Positions 48,599 through 58,402 of a DNA stretch of 64,000 bases are shown piece after piece. The stretch lies in the NCBI GenBank assembly GCA_019058245.1, contig JAHPZJ010000006.1, positions 1 to 64,000 of the forward strand, given 5' to 3'. The stretch comes from Promethearchaeota archaeon. GTDB lineage: Archaea > Asgardarchaeota > Lokiarchaeia > Sigyniarchaeales > SOKP01. The translations under genes and the position numbers were made by a program. Below the pieces are notes generated by a model, which saw only the letters and a program-made list of their open reading frames with translations, made no database searches and was not told where the DNA came from. Positions within the stretch are counted from its first letter, which is position 1, and every line of letters starts with the position of its first letter.

Positions 48599-49537
48599 TC
48601 AGAGGTCTTTTAGGAGCGGTTGGAATAATCTTTCATAATGCACAGCCATGCAATGAATTCCCGCTGCTTTAGTTGTTTTCTTAATTTCTTTAATAAATGG
48701 TACATAAAATTCTAAATTAACTTTATCAATCGCATCATATTTGGCTTGTTTGTTTCCTTTATTATCTTTTTCTGCTTTCTTTAAAGCAGTAAGAAATTCC
48801 TTAGGAACTGATACACCAGGAATGTTCTCATTAAAATACCAGGCAATTCCATAATTTTTGATTGGAAAGAGTCCAAGTAAAACAGGGGTGTTAAATCTTT
48901 CTAATTCTTTTAAAAACTCTTTAGCATCATCTACATCAAATGAAGTTTGGGTTTGAATAAAATCGGCACCAACTTCTACCTTTCTACCAACTTTTAAGAT
49001 TTCTGGTTCTCTTGGATTGGAATTCGGATTTGCAGCACATCCCACATTTAGCTGAGGTCTTCCACCTCTTATTTCATTTCCTTCTAAATCAGTTCCATCA
49101 TCCACCATTTTTGAAACCAGGTCAATTAATTGTGTAGAATCTAAATCATATACTGGTCTAGCTCTTTGATGATCTCCGAGAGCAGTATGATCTCCAGTTA
49201 ACGCAAGCAAATTTTTAAGACCTAAGATTGCTCCACCTAATATATCTCCAAATAATGCAATTCGATTTCTATCTCGTACTGTCATCTGCCAAATTGCTTC
49301 TAACCCAACTTTTTCTTGGACTAAGTAGCAAGGAACCATGGAACACGTATAAGCATCTCCTTGAGGTCCATCTGTAACATTAGCAGCAATAATTTTTCCA
49401 GTTTTTTTCATTTCCTCTGCTGAATGCAAGACATGACCAATATCATAATCTTTTTCTGGTTCAAGTTCGCCCGTTATGACGAATTTTCCATCTCTAATCA
49501 CCTTTACTAAATTACTATAGGCAGGTCTTTTTGGCAA
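48599..49537 (-). CDS. metF: Methylenetetrahydrofolate reductase catalytic subunit (copy 2)
   Basis: 'TGELEP', 'ANVTDG', 'QMTVRDRNRIAL', 'LTGDH..LGD...ARPVYDLDS', 'GADFIQTQ'. Confidence 0.92.
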   Translation of the reverse strand: MPKRPAYSNLVKVIRDGKFVITGELEPEKDYDIGHVLHSAEEMKKTGKIIAANVTDGPQGDAYTCSMVPCYLVQEKVGLEAIWQMTVRDRNRIALFGDILGGAILGLKNLLALTGDHTALGDHQRARPVYDLDSTQLIDLVSKMVDDGTDLEGNEIRGGRPQLNVGCAANPNSNPREPEILKVGRKVEVGADFIQTQTSFDVDDAKEFLKELERFNTPVLLGLFPIKNYGIAWYFNENIPGVSVPKEFLTALKKAEKDNKGNKQAKYDAIDKVNLEFYVPFIKEIKKTTKAAGIHCMAVHYERLFQPLLKDL

Positions 49538-49538
49538 T

Positions 49539-50237
49539 TTATACGTTCTCCTCCTTCTTTTTTTCTTCTATATTAGAACTGGATTCATAAATATGTATGA
49601 ATCTTGGACTTGACCATATCCTATAATTTCTTGGAGGTCTATAATTTGTAAATAAATCCAGTCTATTAAATTTCTTAAGACGTTCCCATATTTTTACCCA
49701 TGCACAATCATGTATATAGCCACCTACTTCACATTTACCTTCAACTTGTCCTCCACAGGGACCATTGCTCAAATTTTTAGCACATCCAGCCATAGGACAG
49801 ATACCACCAGTCACTCCCAGTAAACATTCTCCACAGGTTTCACAATATTCTGCAAAATAATTCTCACTATTATTCTCTACTCCACCAAACATGCTGTTTT
49901 GTGCTGGAAAAGTGAGAATTGTAGGAATAATTCTGTTTAACATTCCTACCCCTAAACCACATGCTAATGATACAATTGCATCATATTCTTCAATAAATGG
50001 TCTTAATGTTGTTGCAGCAATTCTATCATCGCACTGTCGTAAAACCGTAATGGCTTTCCATTTTAATTCTTTTCCTTCGCTTCTTGCTTTTAATTCGAGC
50101 ATTTGTGCCAGGACTTTTGCTTCATTTATTGAACGTGGAGGTTGACAACATCCATCACACCCTGCAACTAGTATTTTCGAATATGGTTTTATCATATCAT
50201 ATATTTCTTCAATATCCTTTTGTTTTGTTATAATCAT
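49539..50237 (-). CDS. metV: MTHFR small subunit MetV (copy 2)
   Basis: 'GCDGC', 'RQCD', 'ACG.G', 'C..CG.C.L..TGGICP...CAK.L.NGPCGG...GKCEV....C.W'. Confidence 0.9.
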   Translation of the reverse strand: MIITKQKDIEEIYDMIKPYSKILVAGCDGCCQPPRSINEAKVLAQMLELKARSEGKELKWKAITVLRQCDDRIAATTLRPFIEEYDAIVSLACGLGVGMLNRIIPTILTFPAQNSMFGGVENNSENYFAEYCETCGECLLGVTGGICPMAGCAKNLSNGPCGGQVEGKCEVGGYIHDCAWVKIWERLKKFNRLDLFTNYRPPRNYRIWSSPRFIHIYESSSNIEEKKKEENV

Positions 50238-50277
50238 TTTATAAAAATCTCCTAATTTTATGAACTTGATAAATTTC

Positions 50278-53200
50278 TTATTCAGTTAATATAATTTCTT
50301 TTTTTTCTTCTTTTTTTATTTCTTTCTTCTCTTTTTTATAATCATTTTCAATAGGACCTAATTTTTGTAATTTTTCTGTGAATTCCTTGATCGTTTCAGC
50401 AAAGATTTTTCCTTCACTGGCAGAAACCCATTTTCGCATGAATCTTGCTGGATTAATCCCTAGAGACTCTATAATTTGCTCAATCTCTTCCGTTCTTCTT
50501 AATGTATCTTGATTTCCCGCGATGTAATGACAATCACCAAGATGACAACCTCCAATAAAAACACCATCAGCACCTTCTAAAAAGGCTTGCAATATGAAAC
50601 TCTTTGGGATACCACCTGAACACATAACTCTTATAGTCCTTACATTTGGGGGATATTGATATCGGCTAACTCCAGCAAGATCCGCACCTGCGTAGCTACA
50701 CCAATTACAGAGAAAAGCAACTATTCTTGGTCGTCCATCTGCTACTGTTACCTTAGCAGCTTCAGCTATCATTGGTTCAATTTGAATACGTCCAAAATGA
50801 CTCATTGTTATAGCTTCTGCTGGACATTCAGCAGCACAATCTCCGCATCCTTTACAAAGTAAAGGATTAACTTCTGAAATCATTAAACCTTCTTCATATT
50901 TGACACCAACGGCGCCGTAATTACACACTTCAGCACATCTATTACAACCAATACATAAAGCAGGGTCAACCTTGGAAATAATACCTTCAGTTTTTAGAAT
51001 ATCTTTAGATAAAATCGTAGTGGCTCTGGAAGCAGCTGACATTGCTTGTGCTATACTTTCTCTAATTGTTGCTGTTCCACGGGAAGTACCACATAAAAAA
51101 ATACCATCTGTAGCAAAATCTGAGGGCCGGAGTTTTACATGAGCCTCTAAGAAAAATTCATCATCATTTACAGGGACTTTTAACATTTTTGCTAGATTTT
51201 CATTTGCTTCACCATCAGCAACTATTCCTGCACTTAGAGCAACTAAATCAGCATTTATCTTAATATCCCCAATATCTCGTTTTTTTATATAAATACTTAA
51301 ATTTCCATTTTCTAATTTAATTTCAGGAGGTTGCTCATCTTTAAATCTTATAAAAATTACTCCTTTTTCTCTTGCTAAATTGTAGTATTTCTCTTTAAAC
51401 CCATAGGTTCTAATATCTCTATAAAGAACAGTAATATTAAGATTTGGATTTATTTCTTTTACTTTTAAAGCATTTTTAATAGCTTCACTACAACACATTC
51501 TACTACAATAAGGATGTTCCTCGTTTCTTGAGCCTACACACTGTAGCATCACTATAGAATTTAATTGTTTAATTTTTTCTTCTTCAGTAAATAGAATTTT
51601 CTCTAGATCGGATTGTAAAATTACTCTCTCATCTTTACCAAAAAGAAATTCACCATCCTTTGGTTGATATTCATGAGCTCCAGTAGCAACTATAATAATA
51701 CCGTGTTGAAATTCTTTCTTTTGTTTATCTCCACCAAAAGTAATATTTGTTGTAAAGTTACAAACATATCCTCCTATTGAGTTGATTCTAGCATTAAGAA
51801 ATATATTAATAAGTTTATGATTTTTGACTTTATTTATTAAATCTTTAAGAAGTTCCTGAACATCATGTTTTTCTAAAGTATGATAAATATTATTAGAAAA
51901 TCCTCCTAATCTCTTACTTTTCTCAATAAGAAATACTTCAAATCCTTGATTTGCGAGATTTAACGCAGCAGTCATACCTGCTACACCTCCACCAATTACC
52001 ATCCCCTTATGGATAACCTCCACTTGTTGTTCTTGTAGTGGAACTAATTTTCGAGCTCTAGCAACAGCCATTCTTACAAGATCCTTTGCTTTTTCTGTCG
52101 CTTCTTCTGGTTCATGCATATGCACCCATGAACATTGATCTCTGATATTTGCTAGATCAAACAGATATTTATTTAAACCTGCCTCTCTAATAGTCGCTTG
52201 AAATAATGGTTCATGAGTTCTTGGAGTACATGAAGCAACTATTACCCTATTTAAGTTATGTTCCTTTATTTGTTCTTTAATATTAGTTTGCGTATCAGCG
52301 GAACATGTGTACAAGTTTCGTTCGGCATGAATTACATCAGGTAATTTATTTGCGTATTCAACAACTTCAGGAACATCTACAACCCCCCCAATATTAATAC
52401 CACAGTGACATATGAAAACTCCGATCCTGGGGGGTTCTCCAATTGTATCCCTTTCTTTTGGCAATTCTTTTTCAGTGACTAAAGTATTCCTCACATCAGA
52501 TAAAAGAATATTAACAGCCCCAGCGGCAGCACTTGCCTCTACAACTGTTTCTGGAATATCTTTTGGTTCTGAAATCATGCCACATACATAAATTCCTTCT
52601 CTGGAGGATTCTACTGGTGAAAAGGGTTTTGTTTTACAAAAATTATAACTATTTAATTCGATGTTTAATTTTTTTGCTAAAGCTTTAGTGCTATGATTTG
52701 GTAAAGCACCAACTGCTAAAACAACAAGATTAAATGTCTCACTAATTACTTTTCCTTCTTCATTTTCATAATGAAGAATTAAATCCTTAGTCTCTGATAT
52801 TTCTTTAATATCTGATATTCTACTTCTGATATATCTTACACCATATTCATTTTGCGCACGTTCAATATACTTATCGAAGTCCTTTCCAACAGCTCTCACA
52901 TCCATTGAAAATATCGTTGGTTCAATAATTTCCATATGTTCTTTTGCAATTACTGCCTCTTTAGCCGTATACATACAACAAACTGATGAGCAATACTCTG
53001 CACCATGCTTTTTATCTCTTGAGCCAACACATTGTAAAAATGCTACTTTTTTTGGAATAATTCCATCAGAAGGTCTGAGAATAAGCCCAGAATGTGGACC
53101 GCTAGCACTTAATATGCGTTCAAATTGAATACTTGTAATCACATTTAGATATTTCCCATATCCATATTGCTGTGTAGGACCAGGATCATATTCATCAAAT

Positions 53201-53769
53201 CCTAATGCTAAAACAATAGCTCCAACATTTAGAGTAGTGGATTTATCTTCTAAAGTATAATCTATTGCTTTTGCTTTACATACACCCTTACAAAATCCGC
53301 ATCCAATACATAATTCTTGATCAATTGAAAAAACCAATGGAACTGCTTGTGGAAATTTTACTGATATTGCTGATCTATTTGAAAGTCCCTCATTAAAAAA
53401 ATCAATAGCCTCTACTGGACATTCTTGAGCGCACACACCGCACCCAGTACATTTTTCTTGATCTAATAATAGAGATCTCTGTTTTAACTCAACAGTAAAA
53501 TTACCAGGATTTCCATCTATTTTTTCCAAATTTGTATTAATCAAAAGTGTGATATTTTCATGGCGTCCTGCTGCAACCAGTTTGGGAGCCAAAATACAGA
53601 TTGAACAATCATTAGTAGGAAAGGTCTTGTCTAATTGAGACATAACTCCTCCAATGCTCATCGATGATTCTACTAAATAAACTTTAAAACCTGAATCTGC
53701 TAAATCCATTGAAGCTTGAATTCCTGCAATTCCTCCACCTACAACTAATACTGATCCTATTTTTTCCAT
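50278..53769 (-). CDS. hdrA: Tandem-duplicated HdrA fused to C-terminal MvhD
   Basis: Two FAD modules (GGGIAG; GGGVAG), 'LDKTFPTNDC', internal 'RIGVFICHCG', two 'QCVGSR..CS..CC', ferredoxins, then 'AFLCNWCSYAGAD..RVMCSG..GCH.GDCHY'. Confidence 0.93.
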   Translation of the reverse strand: MEKIGSVLVVGGGIAGIQASMDLADSGFKVYLVESSMSIGGVMSQLDKTFPTNDCSICILAPKLVAAGRHENITLLINTNLEKIDGNPGNFTVELKQRSLLLDQEKCTGCGVCAQECPVEAIDFFNEGLSNRSAISVKFPQAVPLVFSIDQELCIGCGFCKGVCKAKAIDYTLEDKSTTLNVGAIVLALGFDEYDPGPTQQYGYGKYLNVITSIQFERILSASGPHSGLILRPSDGIIPKKVAFLQCVGSRDKKHGAEYCSSVCCMYTAKEAVIAKEHMEIIEPTIFSMDVRAVGKDFDKYIERAQNEYGVRYIRSRISDIKEISETKDLILHYENEEGKVISETFNLVVLAVGALPNHSTKALAKKLNIELNSYNFCKTKPFSPVESSREGIYVCGMISEPKDIPETVVEASAAAGAVNILLSDVRNTLVTEKELPKERDTIGEPPRIGVFICHCGINIGGVVDVPEVVEYANKLPDVIHAERNLYTCSADTQTNIKEQIKEHNLNRVIVASCTPRTHEPLFQATIREAGLNKYLFDLANIRDQCSWVHMHEPEEATEKAKDLVRMAVARARKLVPLQEQQVEVIHKGMVIGGGVAGMTAALNLANQGFEVFLIEKSKRLGGFSNNIYHTLEKHDVQELLKDLINKVKNHKLINIFLNARINSIGGYVCNFTTNITFGGDKQKKEFQHGIIIVATGAHEYQPKDGEFLFGKDERVILQSDLEKILFTEEEKIKQLNSIVMLQCVGSRNEEHPYCSRMCCSEAIKNALKVKEINPNLNITVLYRDIRTYGFKEKYYNLAREKGVIFIRFKDEQPPEIKLENGNLSIYIKKRDIGDIKINADLVALSAGIVADGEANENLAKMLKVPVNDDEFFLEAHVKLRPSDFATDGIFLCGTSRGTATIRESIAQAMSAASRATTILSKDILKTEGIISKVDPALCIGCNRCAEVCNYGAVGVKYEEGLMISEVNPLLCKGCGDCAAECPAEAITMSHFGRIQIEPMIAEAAKVTVADGRPRIVAFLCNWCSYAGADLAGVSRYQYPPNVRTIRVMCSGGIPKSFILQAFLEGADGVFIGGCHLGDCHYIAGNQDTLRRTEEIEQIIESLGINPARFMRKWVSASEGKIFAETIKEFTEKLQKLGPIENDYKKEKKEIKKEEKKEIILTE

Positions 53770-53771
53770 GT

Positions 53772-54542
53772 CTAAACCTCTTTAATCGAAATAAAAGTGG
53801 GAATTTCTTCATTTATTTGATCAACATCAACAAGACCTCGAGCACGAAGAGTTACAATATGCTGTAATACCTTATGAGGTTCTATTTTAATTTCCTTCGC
53901 GATTTCTGGAACAGATTTTCCTTCATTCTTAATTTTTTCCAGAATTTTATGACGAATAAACTCATTTTCAATAGCATTATCAAGGATTTCCTCAAATTCT
54001 TCTATAGGTATTATGTTCCCATACACATTTCCCTCAGTTGTTAATTCCCTTTGACGAGCAACTAAAGCTCTTAACCGTGAATCACATAAAGCAAATTTAG
54101 TAGCACTTAAATTATCGAGAATTTGTTTTTTTAATTTATCATTTTTGATAGGAGATGGCCCAAGTTTACGGATATGTTCAGTAAATTCTGTGACTATTTC
54201 AGCGAATCTGTTTCCTTCTGCAGCTGAAACCCAATCAAGCCGTACTCGATCTGCGAAATTGATCATTGATAATACTTTTCCTAACATTTTCATTTTTAAT
54301 TCTGCTTCATAATTTCCACTTATATAATGACAGTCTCCTAAATGACATCCTAAAACAAGGACTCCATCAATGCCATTCATAAAAGCTTCAGCAATAAATA
54401 CAGGATCGACTCTTCCAGAACACATAACTCGTATAACTCTAACATTTGTTGGATATTGGATTCGACTAACACCTGCGAGGTCTGCACCTGCATAGGAACA
54501 CCAATTACATAAAAATCCTAAAATTTTTGGTTCAAATACCAT
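53772..54542 (-). CDS. mvhD: MvhD ([2Fe-2S] delta subunit) with C-terminal winged-helix extension
   Basis: 'FLCNWCSYAGAD', 'RVMCSGRVDP', 'GCHLGDCHY', 'WVSAAEG'; C-terminal 'SVPEIAKEIKIEPHKVLQHIVTLRARGLV'. Confidence 0.9.
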   Translation of the reverse strand: MVFEPKILGFLCNWCSYAGADLAGVSRIQYPTNVRVIRVMCSGRVDPVFIAEAFMNGIDGVLVLGCHLGDCHYISGNYEAELKMKMLGKVLSMINFADRVRLDWVSAAEGNRFAEIVTEFTEHIRKLGPSPIKNDKLKKQILDNLSATKFALCDSRLRALVARQRELTTEGNVYGNIIPIEEFEEILDNAIENEFIRHKILEKIKNEGKSVPEIAKEIKIEPHKVLQHIVTLRARGLVDVDQINEEIPTFISIKEV

Positions 54543-56210
54543 CTAATCTCCACCTCCGTAAGTTACAATTTCAGCTATAATTTGATCTGATGTGAAATGA
54601 TGTATAATAATGGCGTTCTGAGGACAACTAGCACCACAAACTCCACATCCTTTACAAACAACTTTATTAACTACTGCAGTATCAGTTTCTTCATCTTTAG
54701 ATATTGCACTATATGGACAAATCTTTATACATGCTTCACATCCTATGCATAAATCAGGATTAACTTCGGCAGTAGAACCTTCTACTTCTAGCATTTCTTT
54801 GGAAAGAATTGTACTAGCTCTCGAAGCTGCTGCATTTGATTGTGATATACTTTCTGAAATATCTGCTGGCCAATGAGCAGATCCACACACAAATACTCCA
54901 TCTGTAGCAAAATCAACAGGTCTTAATTTCACATGAGCTTCTAAAAAGAAGTTATTTTCTTCTAATGGAACTTTTAACATTTTTGCTAATCGCTCTGAAT
55001 CTTCATTAGCAATAAGAGGCATTGATAATACTACAAGATCATGGGGAATTCCAATAACTTGATTCATAAATTCATTATAAACTTCAAGATGATCCTCCTT
55101 AATAATTGGAGGTTTATCTGGTAAATATTTTATAAATATTATTCCCATTTCTCTTGCTCTTCTATAGTATTCCTCATAAGTAACACCCTGTGCTTGTATA
55201 TCTCTAAAAATTATGGTAATATTAGCATCTGGATTTTGTTCCTTGATTAAAATTGCATTTTTAAGAGCGGTCATACAACATATATTAGAACAGTATCTTC
55301 GTTCTTCATTTCTACACCCTACACATTGAATCATTGCAATATTTTTAGCGTTAACTGAATTTTCTTTTAACAATCCCTCTAATTCTAATTGACTTATTAT
55401 AGTTTTCCCATTATAATTATAATATCCTTCAGGTGATAATACCCTTGCTCCTGTAGCAACGATAATTGCACCTACCTCAATTTCTATCATTTTTTTCTCT
55501 TGTAGAATAACTATTTTATAGTTTCCAACATATCCTTCAATCTTTTCTATCGTTGCAGATTTATATACATCTATTTCTTTATGGCTTTCTGCTAAATTTC
55601 TTGTTTCTAATATATTTGAAGCATCTTCATTAGTAGGATATGTTTTATGGAGATGTCTAATTAGTCCTCCTAATTCAGAATCTTTTTCTATCAAACTTAC
55701 TTTAAAACTTTGATTTGCTAAAGTTAATGCAGCATTCATCCCTGCAATTCCTCCACCTATTACTGCTGCAGAAGGTATTACGCTAACTTGCATTTTTTCT
55801 AGTGGTTCTAATAAAGATGCCTTGTATACACTCATTCTAATGAGATCTTTAGCTTTTTCAGTGCCTTTTTGTGGTTCTTTCATATGTACCCAAGAATCCT
55901 GATCACGAATATTTACCATTTCAAATAAATAGGGATTTAGACCTGCCTCTTGACATGTTGATCGAAATAAAGGTTCATGAGTTCGAGGAGAACACGATGC
56001 TACAATAACACGATTTAAATTATGTTCCTTAATGTTTTCCCTGATATTACTTAACCCAACTTCTGAACATGTATAAAGATTTCCAGCACTATAAGCTACA
56101 TTTGGTAGTGTTTTGGTATATTCTATTAGTTCAGTGATATCTAAAACTCCACCGATATTTGTACCACAGTGACAAATAAAAACTCCAATTCTAATATCTT
56201 CATTTGACAT
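54543..56210 (-). CDS. hdrA: HdrA-like subunit (matches the second half of the tandem HdrA)
   Basis: 'RIGVFICHCG', 'ASCSPRTHE', GGGIAG, 'QCVG.R..CS..CC', C-terminal ferredoxin. Confidence 0.9.
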   Translation of the reverse strand: MSNEDIRIGVFICHCGTNIGGVLDITELIEYTKTLPNVAYSAGNLYTCSEVGLSNIRENIKEHNLNRVIVASCSPRTHEPLFRSTCQEAGLNPYLFEMVNIRDQDSWVHMKEPQKGTEKAKDLIRMSVYKASLLEPLEKMQVSVIPSAAVIGGGIAGMNAALTLANQSFKVSLIEKDSELGGLIRHLHKTYPTNEDASNILETRNLAESHKEIDVYKSATIEKIEGYVGNYKIVILQEKKMIEIEVGAIIVATGARVLSPEGYYNYNGKTIISQLELEGLLKENSVNAKNIAMIQCVGCRNEERRYCSNICCMTALKNAILIKEQNPDANITIIFRDIQAQGVTYEEYYRRAREMGIIFIKYLPDKPPIIKEDHLEVYNEFMNQVIGIPHDLVVLSMPLIANEDSERLAKMLKVPLEENNFFLEAHVKLRPVDFATDGVFVCGSAHWPADISESISQSNAAASRASTILSKEMLEVEGSTAEVNPDLCIGCEACIKICPYSAISKDEETDTAVVNKVVCKGCGVCGASCPQNAIIIHHFTSDQIIAEIVTYGGGD

Positions 56211-56215
56211 TTTTT

Positions 56216-57511
56216 TTACCCCCTCATAATTGCTTCAGCTGCCTTAGCTGCCGCTCCACTTGCATCCACTACTGAACTTGGGATGTCCATTGGTTCTCTA
56301 CAAGCTCCACAGAGAAATATTCCTTCTTTAGAGGATATTTGTGGATAGTAACTATTTGCTTTGAAAAAATTGAAATCATTTGTTTTAATTCCTAATATTT
56401 TAGCTAAAGTTACAGCATCTTTTTTTGGTACCATAGTAGTAGCTAATATTACTAAGTCAAATTTAAATTGTTTAACTTGTGAGGTATTAATATCTTCATA
56501 AACAATGATAGGATTTCTCTGTTCATCTTCTAAAATCTTAGCTACTTTTCCCTTGATGTATGAAATAGCGTATTTATTTTCTCCCCTTTCAATATATTCT
56601 CGAAATCCTTTACCTGCGGCTCGAAGATCGATGTAAAATATCGAAGTTTCTATTTCATTATTATGCTCATAAGCAATCATAGCTTCTTTAGTAGTATACA
56701 TACAACAACAAGATGAACAATATGGATTGTTCTTTATATCCCTTGAACCTACACAATTAATAAAAGCTAATTTTTTTGGCTCATTTTTATCTGATGGTCT
56801 TGTTAAATGTCCACCTAAAGGTCCAGAAGCGGAAATTAATCTTTCAAATTCTAAAGCAGTAACAACGTTGGGATATCGACCATAACCTAATGAATTAAGA
56901 GATTTTGGATTAAATATATCGTAACCCGTTGCCACAATGATTGAACCAACGTTTAATTCAATTTCTTCATCTTCTTGATCGAAATCGATTGCTTCTCTTT
57001 CGCATACTTTTTCACATATTCTACAAGCATTTTTTGTAAAAAATAAACAATTTTCTCGATCTATAGTCATTATTGAGGGAACTCCTTGGACATAATCAAT
57101 ATAAATTGCTCTACGTTTTCTTAATTTCATATCAAATTCATCCTCCACTCTCATTGGACATTTTTCTATACATTGACCACAATTTATACATTCATCTTCC
57201 TTTACATATCGAGCCTTTTTAAAAATTTTCACTTTAAAATCCCCTTGTTGACCTGATAAATTTTTAACCTCTGAAAGAGTATGTAAAGTAATATTGGGAT
57301 GTCTGAAACACTCTGCTAGCTTAGGAGCTAAAATACAGATAGAACAATCATTTGTAGGAAAAGTTTTATCAAGTTGAGCCATCCGACCTCCAATACAGGC
57401 ATTTTTTTCAATTAAATCAACTTTGATACCTCTTTCAGCTAAATCTAAAGATGCTTGAATTCCTGCAATTCCTCCACCAATAACCATTACATTTTTTGAA
57501 ATTTTACTCAA
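56216..57511 (-). CDS. hdrA: HdrA-like subunit (matches the first half of the tandem HdrA)
   Basis: GGGIAG, 'LDKTFPTNDCSICIL', inserted ferredoxin, 'CVGSRD...YCSSCCC'. Confidence 0.9.
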   Translation of the reverse strand: MSKISKNVMVIGGGIAGIQASLDLAERGIKVDLIEKNACIGGRMAQLDKTFPTNDCSICILAPKLAECFRHPNITLHTLSEVKNLSGQQGDFKVKIFKKARYVKEDECINCGQCIEKCPMRVEDEFDMKLRKRRAIYIDYVQGVPSIMTIDRENCLFFTKNACRICEKVCEREAIDFDQEDEEIELNVGSIIVATGYDIFNPKSLNSLGYGRYPNVVTALEFERLISASGPLGGHLTRPSDKNEPKKLAFINCVGSRDIKNNPYCSSCCCMYTTKEAMIAYEHNNEIETSIFYIDLRAAGKGFREYIERGENKYAISYIKGKVAKILEDEQRNPIIVYEDINTSQVKQFKFDLVILATTMVPKKDAVTLAKILGIKTNDFNFFKANSYYPQISSKEGIFLCGACREPMDIPSSVVDASGAAAKAAEAIMRG

Positions 57512-57531
57512 ATTTGAACACCTCTTACCCT

Positions 57532-58401
57532 TTAAGTAATTTTTTGCAGAACATCATTAACTTTAATCCTATGGAAATTCAATCCAAGTTTTTCTGTATT
57601 CATTCCCATAGCTAAAGCAATAAGTTCGGTAATATAAAAAACGGGAAAATTATAATCTGTATTATTTCTTTTATTTATTTCTCTCTGATTGAAATCGAAT
57701 TGTTGAAAACAAGCGGGACATATAACGGCAATACAATCTGTTCCTGCTTCTTTCATACTTTTAAGTTTGTTCTCTAGCATAATTAATGAGATCTCTTTAT
57801 CAGTTTTTTCTACTGGATTTCCACAACAATCATTCTTCAGATTATAATCAACTGGATCTGCTCCAATTATTTCTATTAATTTATCTAATGTTTGGGGATT
57901 AAGTGGATCATCCCAATTCATTATCTCAGATGGGCGTAAATAATGACATCCAGGGTGACCTGCAACTTTTAAATCTTTTAATGGTTTTTTAACCATTTTT
58001 TTAATTTTTTCAATGTTTTCATATAATACTTCAGCAAAATGCTTAATATCAATATTCCCTTTGTAGGACATTCCTATTGCCTTTAATTTGGAATTGATTA
58101 CTTCTTTCTTCTCATTATCATTATCTAAAATATATTTAATTGTTTTAAGAGATTCTGTACATCCAGAACAAAGACTTAATACGTTACTCTTACTTTTTTC
58201 AAAAAGACATAAATTTCTTGCTCCTAAGGCTAAGAATGATTCATGGTCTAGTTGAGCTGCTCCTGTAGGATCTGGACAACATGAACAATTAGCTTGATCT
58301 CCTACTTTCATCCCAATTTTTTCAAATGTTTTTCGCGCTGATGCTTCTAAAAATGGAAGTCTTCCAGGGATAACACACCCTAAAAAATAGTTATACGACA
58401 T
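57532..58401 (-). CDS. hdrB: Heterodisulfide reductase subunit B (CCG domains)
   Basis: 'FLGC', 'SCCP', 'C.GC', 'GCHYLRP', 'CCG', 'CPAC..QFD'. Confidence 0.93.
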   Translation of the reverse strand: MSYNYFLGCVIPGRLPFLEASARKTFEKIGMKVGDQANCSCCPDPTGAAQLDHESFLALGARNLCLFEKSKSNVLSLCSGCTESLKTIKYILDNDNEKKEVINSKLKAIGMSYKGNIDIKHFAEVLYENIEKIKKMVKKPLKDLKVAGHPGCHYLRPSEIMNWDDPLNPQTLDKLIEIIGADPVDYNLKNDCCGNPVEKTDKEISLIMLENKLKSMKEAGTDCIAVICPACFQQFDFNQREINKRNNTDYNFPVFYITELIALAMGMNTEKLGLNFHRIKVNDVLQKIT

Positions 58402-58402
58402 T

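Noticed and set aside
50278-57511. Selenocysteine recoding in HdrA/MvhD (known selenoprotein families in Lokiarchaeota)
   Set aside because: The ORFs are uninterrupted and the relevant motifs (CNWCSY, GCHLGDCHY, NDCSIC) all use Cys; no in-frame TGA is needed
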